From assembly GCA_028864975.1 (NCBI GenBank), contig JAGWLG010000008.1:1-64000 (forward strand): a stretch of 64,000 bases of DNA, given 5' to 3'. The position numbers were made by a program, and so were the translations under genes. Below are positions 26,818 to 35,813 of the stretch, one piece after another (positions within the stretch are counted from its first letter, which is position 1; every line of letters begins with the position of its first letter). Under the pieces are notes generated by a model. That model saw nothing but the letters and a program-made list of their open reading frames with translations, was not told where the DNA came from and ran no database searches. Source of the stretch: Thermoplasmata archaeon. Its GTDB lineage: Archaea; Thermoplasmatota; Thermoplasmata; Lutacidiplasmatales; UBA184.

Positions 26818-27123
26818 TTAGGGTTTTGTACGGTCCTTCGCACGGGCCCGGGCATCGGGATGAGCCCACTCCCGGATGACCGGCATCTGCTTCATCGAGA
26901 GAATCTTCGTGCTCTCGGGAGCCCCGGTCAGGACGATGGCCTCGGCGGTGAACCGCACGCTCTCGTCGGACAGGCCGGCCTTCGCTAGGAAGCTCACTCC
27001 GACCGCCACGGTGCAGACCTGGGCGTTGATGTCTTCAGGGTCGGCGACGTTGTTCTCAAGGGTCTCGGCGAGGTAGCGCGCGATTTCCTTCTCGGCGTCG
27101 GGTACAGTTGCTCTCTTGGGCAT
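26818..27123 (-). CDS. hypothetical cassette ORF
   Basis: ATG after the element. Confidence 0.65.
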   Translation of the reverse strand: MPKRATVPDAEKEIARYLAETLENNVADPEDINAQVCTVAVGVSFLAKAGLSDESVRFTAEAIVLTGAPESTKILSMKQMPVIREWAHPDARARAKDRTKP

Positions 27124-27172
27124 GTGTGTTACCACCCTCGGCGGGGGAAAGGGTTCAGGAGCGCACGGACCG

Positions 27173-27466
27173 TCACGTCAGGTGCTTCCTCCAAAGCAGG
27201 AGGGTTGCACCCGCGATGATGGCCGCTACCGCCAGCGGCACGGCCACACCCGCAAGTAGCGCCACCGGCAGCCCGAGCCACGAGAGGACCGGGAACGTCT
27301 CTGTTCCCAGGCCCAGCACCGCGACCAGGGCCAAGACCACGAGACCCTTCACGACGAGGGCCCGGGGCCCCCAACTGGCGAGCAGCGTTCGGAGCGCGAG
27401 CATCGGTGTCACTCCCTCAGCTTGCGGCTTGAGCCTTGGCCTTCTCCTCGGCTCGCTTGAACGCAC
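27173..27466 (-). CDS. small membrane protein (start uncertain)
   Basis: Two long hydrophobic segments. Confidence 0.55.
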   Translation of the reverse strand: MRSSEPRRRPRLKPQAEGVTPMLALRTLLASWGPRALVVKGLVVLALVAVLGLGTETFPVLSWLGLPVALLAGVAVPLAVAAIIAGATLLLWRKHLT

Positions 27467-27746
27467 GCCAGATGTCCCCGTTCGTTGGCCCGGGGAACTC
27501 CGCCCGTGCTTCTCGGAAGAGGGCTATGGCTCGGTCGCCTACTTCTTCTGAGATTCCGGTGGACCAGCATGTCTTTCGGATGAGGAACTCCGGCTCCCCT
27601 GGAATCCTCGCGTGGGTACTGCTTAGGAGCGCCCGGTGAAGGACCCACGCTTCCTTCGATGGGGAAGCATCTAGGCCCCGCTGGTCCTTCCTTGCCTTGG
27701 ATGCGCGATGCCGTCGCCCAAGCTCCCCCTTTGGTATCTTCGCCAT
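27417..27746 (-). CDS. basic helical protein, weak TFB/cyclin-repeat resemblance
   Basis: LIRKTCWSTGISEEVGDRAIALFREA. Confidence 0.55.
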   Translation of the reverse strand: MAKIPKGELGRRHRASKARKDQRGLDASPSKEAWVLHRALLSSTHARIPGEPEFLIRKTCWSTGISEEVGDRAIALFREARAEFPGPTNGDIWRAFKRAEEKAKAQAAS

Positions 27747-27999
27747 CTTCTCTCCTAGCCCTGGCCTCGTTCTCTTCAGCTTGCGCCGAGTACCGCTCCG
27801 CGCTTCGGTCGCGGCGGCAGCACGCCGGTCTTCAGGGCTTCCGAGTACGCGGCGAACGTATCCTCGTCCATCCCGAGCACGACTTCAAGGAGCGCGCTCG
27901 CTGCCGGGTCCCTCTTCTCGTCCAGCACCCGGACGTGCCTCTTCAGGAGGTGGACCGCTTCATGGATGGCCGCGTGGTCAGGCATCGGACGCTCTCCGG

Positions 28000-28359
28000 C
28001 TAGGCCCTCGCGTTCTGGCGGTCCGCTTCGGCGATGGCTTCCTGAAGCTGCGCGACGAGGGTCCTGGCCTCTCGCAGGTTCAGCGTGAACCCGAACTCCT
28101 TCTCCTTCCGGGAGAAGTACAGCCTCACCTGGCCCCCGAGAATCGTTCCCTCGGAGCCGCGGTACTCGGACAGGGTGAACCCCTGGCCGTAGGCACTCGC
28201 CTTCAGGTTGTCCATGTCGAGGACGACCTTCCCGACCACGCCGTTCCGTCGTCTGCTGTCGCCCTCCGCGTAGTCCTCGCTCACCCAGCCGGACACGGTG
28301 CTTCCGGCTCGGTCGTTCGCCGATTGCTCTCTCGTCGCCTGTTCGCTTCCGTTCATCAT
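28000..28359 (-). CDS. hypothetical cassette ORF
   Basis: ATG after the element. Confidence 0.65.
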   Translation of the reverse strand: MMNGSEQATREQSANDRAGSTVSGWVSEDYAEGDSRRRNGVVGKVVLDMDNLKASAYGQGFTLSEYRGSEGTILGGQVRLYFSRKEKEFGFTLNLREARTLVAQLQEAIAEADRQNARA

Positions 28360-28415
28360 GGGTTTCACCACCCTCGGGTCCGCCGGTCACCCGGCGGGAA
28401 TGAGTTCGCTCGGCC

Positions 28416-28847
28416 TTACCGCTTCCTTGCGCGCTTCGACGGCTGCGCAGCCGTCAGCACGGACCGTAGCGTCGTCGTGAGACCGTCAAGCTCCTTCACG
28501 ATGTCACCGACGAGCGCCTTCACCCCGCCGCGCATGGCCAGGCTCACCGCTCCGCCCAGGCCGGACTGCGCACGGTGAAGCTCCTCGGCGGCGCGCTCCG
28601 TCGCAGCAGCCAGCCGGTCCAACGGCTCGCGCAGCCGGTCCACGCTCGCCAGAACCTCCCGGCGCACGTCCGGGTCCAGGTCTTTGAAGGACGCGATGCC
28701 CTTCTCGCTGAAGGTCCGCAGGTCCCCGAGCGCGGAGGCAATGGTCCGAAGGCGCTCCTCCTCGGAACTGCCCCCGCTCTCGCCCTCGGCAGCGGTCGCT
28801 CCCCGGCGCACCGTCAACGTCGCTCCCAGGAGCCCCATCTCACTCAC
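28416..28847 (-). CDS. helical-bundle protein, paralog of 36996-37436
   Basis: Gap-free 62-aa alignment with the 36996 ORF. Confidence 0.7.
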   Translation of the reverse strand: MSEMGLLGATLTVRRGATAAEGESGGSSEEERLRTIASALGDLRTFSEKGIASFKDLDPDVRREVLASVDRLREPLDRLAAATERAAEELHRAQSGLGGAVSLAMRGGVKALVGDIVKELDGLTTTLRSVLTAAQPSKRARKR

Positions 28848-29325
28848 CTCCGACGGGCAGGTGAGGCAGCAGGTCCAGGGGAAGCAGGTTCTTCAGCATC
28901 CCCCGGCCCACGTCCACCGACGTTCGCACGAGCCCGGGCACGTCCGCGCCCTGGACCAGGGCGAGCAGGCTCTTCATCCCGTCCGGTCCGTCCAGTATCC
29001 GGCACTTGTACCAGCCCTCCCGGATGAAGGACGTGGTGTGGCCCCCGGCGACGCCCACGACGTAGGCCGTGGTCCTGATGCCCAGGCCCATGTCCACGTT
29101 CTTGAGGAGGATTCCCCGCAGCGGCTTCGGGAGGTTCAAGCGCTGGATGGACTCCGCCCGGTCGGCGAAGTACTCCAGGCACGCGGCCTCTACGGTCTCG
29201 ACCGGGGCGGGGAGGTTGTTCATCCCCAGGATGCGCGAGGTCAGTTGTCCCATCGCGGTCTCCAAGAGGGAGAACCGCGGTTCGTTCGGCGCTCGGCGTT
29301 CTTGCTCTCGACGTGGCTTCGACAT
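28840..29325 (-). CDS. hypothetical cassette ORF
   Basis: ATG after the element. Confidence 0.7.
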   Translation of the reverse strand: MSKPRREQERRAPNEPRFSLLETAMGQLTSRILGMNNLPAPVETVEAACLEYFADRAESIQRLNLPKPLRGILLKNVDMGLGIRTTAYVVGVAGGHTTSFIREGWYKCRILDGPDGMKSLLALVQGADVPGLVRTSVDVGRGMLKNLLPLDLLPHLPVGGE

Positions 29326-29846
29326 GGTTTCCACCCTCGGCAGCCGCCCCGGTTCCGGGGCGGGAAGAGGTTCACGCGCTCTCGACGTAGCTGCGCTCGG
29401 GGTAGTTGGGGCGCGGGCGCGGTGCCCACACGACGCCCGGGGTTCTGAGGTCGGCCCAGGTCTTGAGGGCCGGGAGTTCGGCGGCGGCGCTGGCGCTCTT
29501 GCTCTCGTGTTCGTTCATGGGTTCCACCCTCGCGTGGCGCGCGGCCTATCAGACCCTCCCGTGCCGCTCGGGAGAACGGCGCCCGGCATACGCCAATCCG
29601 GCGTCCGTGCATGAGGGAAGGGGTTCCTGGGTCGCGTACCACCCTCGGCGGCGCGCCCCGAAGGGCGCGGAAGTAGTTCACTCCTGGCCTTCCAGGGTCT
29701 CGGAGTCGTGGACCCCGCCACACTCGTCGCATGGCCCGGTCCCGGCGAGCGTCGGGTCGCGTTCCCCGGTCGGCTGCTTCTTCTTGGGTTTGCTCTTGGG
29801 CATTTTCACCACCCTCGGCGGCGCGCCCCGAAGGGCGCGGAAGTAG

Positions 29847-30071
29847 TTAGAGAGGGAACCGCTTCGCAGATTCCCGCCGCTTGAGGTTCATCGTCGCGTG
29901 CTGCTCGCACATCGGGACCTTGCGCCCCTTCCAATCGCTGACCCTGCACGTTGCCCTGCGCGAGCATGTATGCGGTTGTCTTCCGTTCATCGGGCCTCTC
30001 GTCGTGGTCCAGAAGACCGCTTGGCAGTTGGTACTTGTCAGGTCCGGCGGGAACAGTTCACCATCTCTCAT
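29847..30071 (-). CDS. Cys/His zinc-binding cassette ORF
   Basis: C..C...C...CEQH; ATG after the element. Confidence 0.6.
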   Translation of the reverse strand: MRDGELFPPDLTSTNCQAVFWTTTRGPMNGRQPHTCSRRATCRVSDWKGRKVPMCEQHATMNLKRRESAKRFPL

Positions 30072-30115
30072 GGGTTCCACCCTCGGCGGCGCGCCCCGAA
30101 GGGCGCGGAAGAGGT

Positions 30116-30358
30116 TCAACCTTGACCGTGCCGGACGAGAATCGGCCCGCTCTTCTCGTAGGAGTCACGGTCGCTGAACGGGAAGAACTCCCCGACAAGC
30201 GGGAGCGCCACGTTCACGAAGGTTGTCCCGTTGTGGTCGCGGTACTCCGGCAGGCTCGCGTCGATGGTCTCGATGGTCGCTATTCGGCGGATGGCGCTCG
30301 TCGGCTCGACCCCGCCGCTTGCGCTGAGCAGGGTCCGTACGGTGTCGGCTTCGTTCAT
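30116..30358 (-). CDS. hypothetical cassette ORF
   Basis: ATG after the element; stop lies inside the next element. Confidence 0.65.
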   Translation of the reverse strand: MNEADTVRTLLSASGGVEPTSAIRRIATIETIDASLPEYRDHNGTTFVNVALPLVGEFFPFSDRDSYEKSGPILVRHGQG

Positions 30359-30430
30359 GGGTTCCACCCTCGGGAGGCAGCGGGCCGCGCCTCATGGACT
30401 TTGCCGCGCGCCCCGCTGCTGGTATCGTTC

Positions 30431-30691
30431 TCAATGACCGTGCGTGTTCCTTCCGAGAAGCCGGTCGCTCTGGTATCCGGCCCACACCGGCCGACCATCG
30501 CGGTCCAGGTCCAGGAACCGTACCGCGACCTCGTACTGCCCGCCCTCGGGCGGTTCAATCGTGAGCGTGTCCACGCCACGGTGCTGCGCCACCCAGATGA
30601 AGCCGCGCTCGCGGTTCGTACCGAAGTGGGTCTTGCCCTGGAAGAACTGGTCGATTTCGTCGCGGTAGCGCTCTCGGATGCTCTGATTCAT
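30431..30691 (-). CDS. hypothetical cassette ORF
   Basis: ATG after the element. Confidence 0.65.
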   Translation of the reverse strand: MNQSIRERYRDEIDQFFQGKTHFGTNRERGFIWVAQHRGVDTLTIEPPEGGQYEVAVRFLDLDRDGRPVWAGYQSDRLLGRNTHGH

Positions 30692-30904
30692 GGGTTCCAC
30701 CCTCGGGTAAGGCGGCGGCGAGCGGCCTCCTGCTTCGCGCGTACTGAACCGTGCGTCTTGCGTTTGCTGAAGGGCCTTGCCCTTCCTACGACCTCACACG
30801 ATGCTTCCGCACCGACAAGGGGGGGACTCATGCCCGCCACCACCCTCGGCTTTGGCGAGGGGCCGGGGAAACCGCCCGGCCCCGATTTGCGCTCGGCCCG
30901 GCCC

Positions 30905-31246
30905 TCAGAGAAGGCCGAAGCGGTGCGCGACCTTCTCGTCGATGGTCCCCGGGTACACCCGCCCGGTGTTCCCGCTGACCGGACCGCTGAAGGTCCAGCC
31001 CTTGTAGGACCCGACCCCCTGGCCCTTGTAGGTCCCCACCTTGATGCCGAGACGCTTGGCGATGGCGGCAGGGATGGCGGCGGCGAACGCGCGACCGTTC
31101 TCCGGGTTCACCCGGCCCGTGTACACGCGCTCCCCCGCTCGGAAGACCCCGAAGGTCTTCCCGTCAAGCTCCAAGGTCTTCACCTCGGAGAAGACGACGG
31201 TCGGCTTTGCGGCGCTGGCTCCGGCGTTCTTGCTGCTGGCTGGCAT
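30905..31246 (-). CDS. basic hypothetical protein, first gene of the leftward arm
   Basis: ATG after the element. Confidence 0.7.
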   Translation of the reverse strand: MPASSKNAGASAAKPTVVFSEVKTLELDGKTFGVFRAGERVYTGRVNPENGRAFAAAIPAAIAKRLGIKVGTYKGQGVGSYKGWTFSGPVSGNTGRVYPGTIDEKVAHRFGLL

Positions 31247-31261
31247 GTTGTACCACCCTCG

Positions 31262-32870
31262 ATTCTGACGTGAAAGGGAAAAGGTTGTGGACGTGGCACG
31301 TCGGGAGGTTCCTCCGTTTCCGGTACACGCGCGGCCCTTCCGGGCTCGTACCCCCGATTCTGTTCGACTCGCGTGAATCCATCTAATCGTCTGCGCCCCG
31401 AGCCTTCCCGGCCCAGTACTTTGACTCTCGCGCCACGTCCGGCGGCGCTGGTGGTTTTTTTGGTGGGCAGCCCGACGCCGGTCCTCTCAAGACCGACCCC
31501 GGACCGCCCGTTTTAGCACACAGGGTTCGCGCTCCCCTCTTCTCCATCCCGTTCGACTCGCGCCCGCCCGAAGGCCGGTCCGTAAGAGTCCGTAGCCCAA
31601 CCCGACGATTCATCATCGGCGGCGGAGGGACGGGCATAGACCAGCCGTTGTCCAGGCTCGCGTCGAACGGCACGGGAGGAAGTAGAACCACCGTCATAGC
31701 GCACCACTTGGAGTCGCCCTCCCCGTCAGTACCCGTCTATCCTCTAAGGGAACGGGAGACGAGAGAACCCTCCCCACCTCGGACCCTGCCCAGGCGAGAA
31801 AGTTGGCCCCTCCAAGAACGCACGCTCCGATGGAACGTCACGCCCCGTGCATGATGCTCTCCTCTCTTTCACCAAGAGAAGGAGGCGGGCTCACCCGGGA
31901 CGGTACACCGCCCCGGGACCCCTGCGACATTACGGGGGCGCCCACGGTCGGCCCGAGAGGGGGAGTGCCCTTGAGGGGTTGCCCTATCACCTCCCGGTAA
32001 GCTCGCCTTTCGGCGAGGGACCGACCGGAGAACCTGGGTGGACCTTCGACCCTCGGAGGTATGTCCACCTCCGAGCGCCGGGTCTCTTCCCGTTCGCTCC
32101 GCCGCCCACGTTCGATGTACTTCGGCGGGGCGCGCCCCGCACCCCCGGAAGGGTGGGAACGCGGTCCCCCGCCGAGCGGCGCGCCCTCACGGGAGCGCCG
32201 CTTCAGCCTGCTCCCCGTAGGGAGCGGACCCAGACCTGGGCGGGGACGGACCCCGCCGCGCCGAGGAGGGACGGCCCCTCGGCGCGCTCGGCCTGACGCC
32301 GGACACGGCGTACCGAGGGCAGGGCGTGGCGGCTACTTAAGGGTAGTAGAACTGTTCTATCACCCCCTGCAAAGTGGGTTGCGCCCGGTGCAACCGTCGC
32401 CGTTCCCGGCCCGTCGGGACAGGCTGAGGGTCGGACCGAAGCCCCCGGAAGAGCCGGAGGGGGTTCTACGCGACGCACCGAGAAGGACGGTCAAGACCCC
32501 CCAGGGTTTGCGCCCCGACCGCCACCCGCGTATATAGACGGGAGGTGAAAGTTTCGGGGGCGCAAAGGGTCGGTCCGAACCGGCGCGCTTCGACGGCCCC
32601 GGAGGGAGGTGGAGGAGCCCTACCCACCAGCGTTCCGAGGTGCGCGCAAACCCGGACCGGCAAAAATGTCCCCGAGAGCCCGTCACACGGGGGACGTGGG
32701 CCTAGATACGTGGGGGGGTCGGCCATACCCCCCATTTCCCCTGCGACGGCCCTTCCGGGCCCTGCTACGCCGCTCCCGGGACCGCGTACGAACCCGCGCC
32801 GGAGATGCTCCCGGGCCCGCGGTGCGCGCTCTCCGAAGGTCCTAAGAGCCCGGGTGCTCCTCTCCCTTTG
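31262..32870. other. long strand-switch region, apparently non-coding and hairpin-dense
   Basis: Only low-complexity shadow ORFs; many stems; TATA-like CTTAAG at 32336 and TATATA at 32531. Confidence 0.6.
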
Positions 32871-32873
32871 TCC

Positions 32874-33329
32874 ATGCCCGGCGTCTCCTGTGGCACCGCG
32901 CAGTTGAACCTCAGCGGTTCCTTCCGCACCCTGCGCTCTCATACCAAGGACGATAAGCTGGAACACGGCTTCTTCGTCTTCCAACTCGGACAGTTGCTCG
33001 AACCAGGCGACGAGGTGTCAGGAACCCGCAACGGCATCGACGTGCTCGAACCCACCGACCGCCGGCCGGTCGGCATCGTGCACACGCATCCCGGGGGAAA
33101 CCCCAAGCCCAGCCGGCAGGACGTCCAGGTCTACACCGATTTCCAGTTGGACTTCGGCTGCATCGTCACGGCGGAGTCCAACTGCTGTGACTTCCTCCAC
33201 ATGACGGACCCGGAACGGAAGGAGTTGGCCGCTGTTATCGGGAAGACCCGGAGCTACGCGGAGGCCGAACGCATTCTCGACGACTACCGCCGCCGGGGGA
33301 AAATCTCCCGGTGCTGCACTCCAGCGTAG
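32874..33329 (+). CDS. JAB/MPN+ (JAMM) metalloprotease-domain protein
   Basis: LEHG...GIVHTHP...PSRQD (E-HxH-S-D signature). Confidence 0.85.
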   Translation: MPGVSCGTAQLNLSGSFRTLRSHTKDDKLEHGFFVFQLGQLLEPGDEVSGTRNGIDVLEPTDRRPVGIVHTHPGGNPKPSRQDVQVYTDFQLDFGCIVTAESNCCDFLHMTDPERKELAAVIGKTRSYAEAERILDDYRRRGKISRCCTPA

Positions 33330-33400
33330 GAGCAAACGTGGCCGCCGCTCGCGCTCCCGCCACACCTCCCCCCGAACCTGACGAGGGGAACCCGGTCGCC

Positions 33401-33640
33401 ATGGCCGTGGTCAGGTCGCGCTACTTGAGCAACATCCGGAGCGAGGGCGCCGCGGAGAGGTTCTACAAGTCCCTCCTTAAGGCCGGGTTCCCGGAAGCGA
33501 CCGCGGAGAGAACCGTCACGAACTGGGTCGAGAGGTTCGCGGAAGACGGAGAACCTATCTCCGGAACGTACGGGAAGAACTACGCCGCGGTCTTCACGGA
33601 CCGCCCACTGGAGCGGAAGGTCCCGCGACGTCACCGGTAG
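33401..33640 (+). CDS. hypothetical protein
   Basis: MAVVRSRYL..., follows the JAB gene. Confidence 0.5.
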   Translation: MAVVRSRYLSNIRSEGAAERFYKSLLKAGFPEATAERTVTNWVERFAEDGEPISGTYGKNYAAVFTDRPLERKVPRRHR

Positions 33641-33648
33641 GCTGTAGC

Positions 33649-34269
33649 CTACGCCTTCGGCGGAGCGACCAACCGGGTCTGGGTCGTCCTAGCAACCCCC
33701 GCGCCGTCCGGCGGAGGTCTCCGTGTGGTGGTCGGTGTGCTCGTGGATGCCCCGCTACCAGCAAGAACCTCGCGGATGAGTCCCCGGTGTTCGCTGAACA
33801 GCCTCCTCAACAGTGAGATGTCCCCTTGAATTACCATCTCGCCGGAGTCGAAGTACACGATGTCCCACGCCCAGGCCTCGTCGATGTCTACCTCCTCCTT
33901 CAGAATCGCCATCGCGTTCCCGAGCGTCGTCCAACCCGTCGTGGTGACCGTGAGCCCCTCCTTCTGAATCTCGTCGGCGCTGAGCATCCGGATGCGCCCC
34001 CCCACCGTCGTGAGAAAGAGTTCCGCCACCTTCTGACCGCGGCGCAGGTGCACACCGGTCGTGATGAGCGCCCCGTTCAAGTTGTAGGGTTCCACGAACC
34101 GCAGGTTGACCACCGGTGGCGTCTCGTACTCCTGGAGCGATAGCTTCTGCCGGACCTCTTCCACCGGCACCCGCTTGTTCACCCGCCGCGCGATTCGGTT
34201 CAGAATCGCCTGCACCGCAATCGCCTGGACGCTCTGCTTCGCCTTCCCCAGATACTCCTTGAGCCCCAT
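33649..34269 (-). CDS. hypothetical protein
   Basis: Start MGLKEYL at 34269 after GGGGGG. Confidence 0.7.
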   Translation of the reverse strand: MGLKEYLGKAKQSVQAIAVQAILNRIARRVNKRVPVEEVRQKLSLQEYETPPVVNLRFVEPYNLNGALITTGVHLRRGQKVAELFLTTVGGRIRMLSADEIQKEGLTVTTTGWTTLGNAMAILKEEVDIDEAWAWDIVYFDSGEMVIQGDISLLRRLFSEHRGLIREVLAGSGASTSTPTTTRRPPPDGAGVARTTQTRLVAPPKA

Positions 34270-34280
34270 CGTTCGCCCCC

Positions 34281-35006
34281 CTACTGCTCCGCGAGCAGCC
34301 TCTCCGCGAGCCGGTCCAATACACTCGATTCGATGGTGAGCCCCTTCGACCGGTCCTGCCAGGGGACCTTGCCCAGGAAAGGAACCCCGTAGGCCGCGGC
34401 GACGTTCCCAGCGACGTCGTCGTTCCCGAACATGAAGTCGTCGTAGCCGCAGTGGGGACACTTCCTGAAGGCCATGTTCTCCAGCACGCCCACGATGGGA
34501 ACCTCCCTCGCCTGGAAAAGGCGCACGACCTTCTTCGCGTCGAGTTGGGCCACCGGGTCCGGCGTGCTGACGATGACAGCGCCCACCACCTCGTAGGTGT
34601 TCGCCAGCGCCATCATCTGCTCGGAGATTCCGGCTGGACAATCGACCACCAGGAAGTCCGTGTCCCCCCACTCTACGTTGCCGATGAACTCGTGGAGCAT
34701 CTGGGCCTTCTTCTCGCCGCCCCAGGCCGCGCCGATGTCGCTCCTCTTGACCATGGCGCTCGTCGAGATGACGCGCATCCCTTCGATAACGAGGGGGACC
34801 ATCTGGTGATTGGGCGCTGGAGGGCCGAGCTTCATCCCCTCGGCGCCAAGTTGCTGGAGAACATCTGGGCCGTCGAAATCTGCATCGCAGACCCCGACCC
34901 TCGTTCGCCAGGACAACCTCTTGGCGATGTTCAGCGAAATCCGAGTCTTTCCAACGCCGCCTTTCCCGGCACACAGCATGACCACGCGCACGGCTACCTT
35001 CCCCAC
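34281..35006 (-). CDS. Mrp/NBP35 (ApbC) family P-loop ATPase, Fe-S carrier-like
   Basis: GKGGVGKT, DADFDGP, WGDTDFLVVDCPAG, VSTP, GVLENM, CPHCG. Confidence 0.9.
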   Translation of the reverse strand: MGKVAVRVVMLCAGKGGVGKTRISLNIAKRLSWRTRVGVCDADFDGPDVLQQLGAEGMKLGPPAPNHQMVPLVIEGMRVISTSAMVKRSDIGAAWGGEKKAQMLHEFIGNVEWGDTDFLVVDCPAGISEQMMALANTYEVVGAVIVSTPDPVAQLDAKKVVRLFQAREVPIVGVLENMAFRKCPHCGYDDFMFGNDDVAGNVAAAYGVPFLGKVPWQDRSKGLTIESSVLDRLAERLLAEQ

Positions 35007-35041
35007 CGGGCGGAGGATGGGGTGATAGAAAAGAACTACGT

Positions 35042-35584
35042 TCAGGCCTTGGCGCGCGCTCGGCCCGTCGCCATCGACCCGAACACCGCGTTGAAGTCTC
35101 TCTGGTTGAACGGGTCCGCGGGCGGAGCGAACTCCTTCGCCATCTCGACCAGCAGGTCAGGGACCTCGGGCTTCGCCGACTCCTCCGCTAGCCCGGCGAC
35201 CGGCTTCCCAATCTCCGACATCATATCCTCCCAACCGGTCTCGCAGGCGAGGCACGTCGCGTGACGGGGAACTCCCGGCTGCGGGGCTGGGCATGGCCGC
35301 GGCGTCTTCTTCATGTGGGTGTCCACCGCGCCCTTGAACCGGCACATGTACGCGTACATATCGTCGGTCGTCGGGTCGAACGGGTGCTCGTCCATCCACT
35401 GCGCGCCGTGCCGCCCACAGCCCTTGCAGTAGTAGATTCGCTGGAGCGAGTCGTGGACGTACTGCCAGAGTTCCCGCTGGGACTTCGCGTCGGCGGGTGC
35501 GTAGTCGGCGAGGGTGAAGAAGTAGGGCCAGGTGGCGCGACCGAGCGCCGCGCGCATGTCCTCGACGCTCTGGTTGTCCGGCAT
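35042..35584 (-). CDS. divergent Erv1/Alr-family sulfhydryl oxidase
   Basis: LGRATW...YYCKGCGRH (CxxC)...YMCRFKGAVD..MKK; extra C-terminal CLAC. Confidence 0.7.
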   Translation of the reverse strand: MPDNQSVEDMRAALGRATWPYFFTLADYAPADAKSQRELWQYVHDSLQRIYYCKGCGRHGAQWMDEHPFDPTTDDMYAYMCRFKGAVDTHMKKTPRPCPAPQPGVPRHATCLACETGWEDMMSEIGKPVAGLAEESAKPEVPDLLVEMAKEFAPPADPFNQRDFNAVFGSMATGRARAKA

Positions 35585-35585
35585 C

Positions 35586-35759
35586 TCAGAACTTCACCGT
35601 GCCCTTCCCGCCGCAGTTCGGGCAACGCGCGGGGCACCGAATCCAGACCTTCGGGTCCACGATGGACGGGCTCGACCCACCGTCGTTGATGAGACCCAGC
35701 CCGACACACCACGGACACCGGTGGTCGTCCGCTGTCCTCCCCGCGGGAATCCCCGGCAC
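35586..35759 (-). CDS. small DnaJ-type zinc-finger protein (start uncertain)
   Basis: CPWCVGLG...CPNCGGKG. Confidence 0.6.
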   Translation of the reverse strand: MPGIPAGRTADDHRCPWCVGLGLINDGGSSPSIVDPKVWIRCPARCPNCGGKGTVKF

Positions 35760-35783
35760 GACCCGGTCAACGTTGAGCACGGT

Positions 35784-35794
35784 CTTAAGTATTG
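35784..35794. promoter_or_regulatory. probable bidirectional TATA element (CTTAAGTAT)
   Basis: About 25-28 nt from the divergent starts at 35814 (+) and about 35759 (-). Confidence 0.45.
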
Positions 35795-35813
35795 CCCCGA
35801 CATCGACCGGACG

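Larger units (their letters stand above)
25567..31261 (-). repeat. dispersed start-associated element: hairpin + CGAGGGTGG, 15 copies
   Basis: Plus-strand CCACCCTCG at 25567, 26040, 26398, 26675, 27132, 28368, 29331, 29524, 29639, 29809, 30077, 30364, 30697, 30840, 31253; 14 of 15 lie just upstream of an ATG. Confidence 0.9.

Noticed and set aside
29639-30118. 35-bp identical repeats as a CRISPR array
   Set aside because: The spacers are 130-230 bp, unequal, and contain ORFs; the repeats belong to the wider start-associated family and no cas1/2 is present
109-31273. Long plus-strand ORFs over the left arm (e.g. 2078-3328, 14075-15604, 29951-31273)
   Set aside because: Antisense shadows of GC-rich minus-strand genes, with no motifs and no SD coupling
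31383-32984. ORFs in the strand-switch region (e.g. 31383-31697, 32466-32984)
   Set aside because: Low-complexity Pro/Arg/Gly translations without SD or motifs; treated as probably non-coding, though not excluded
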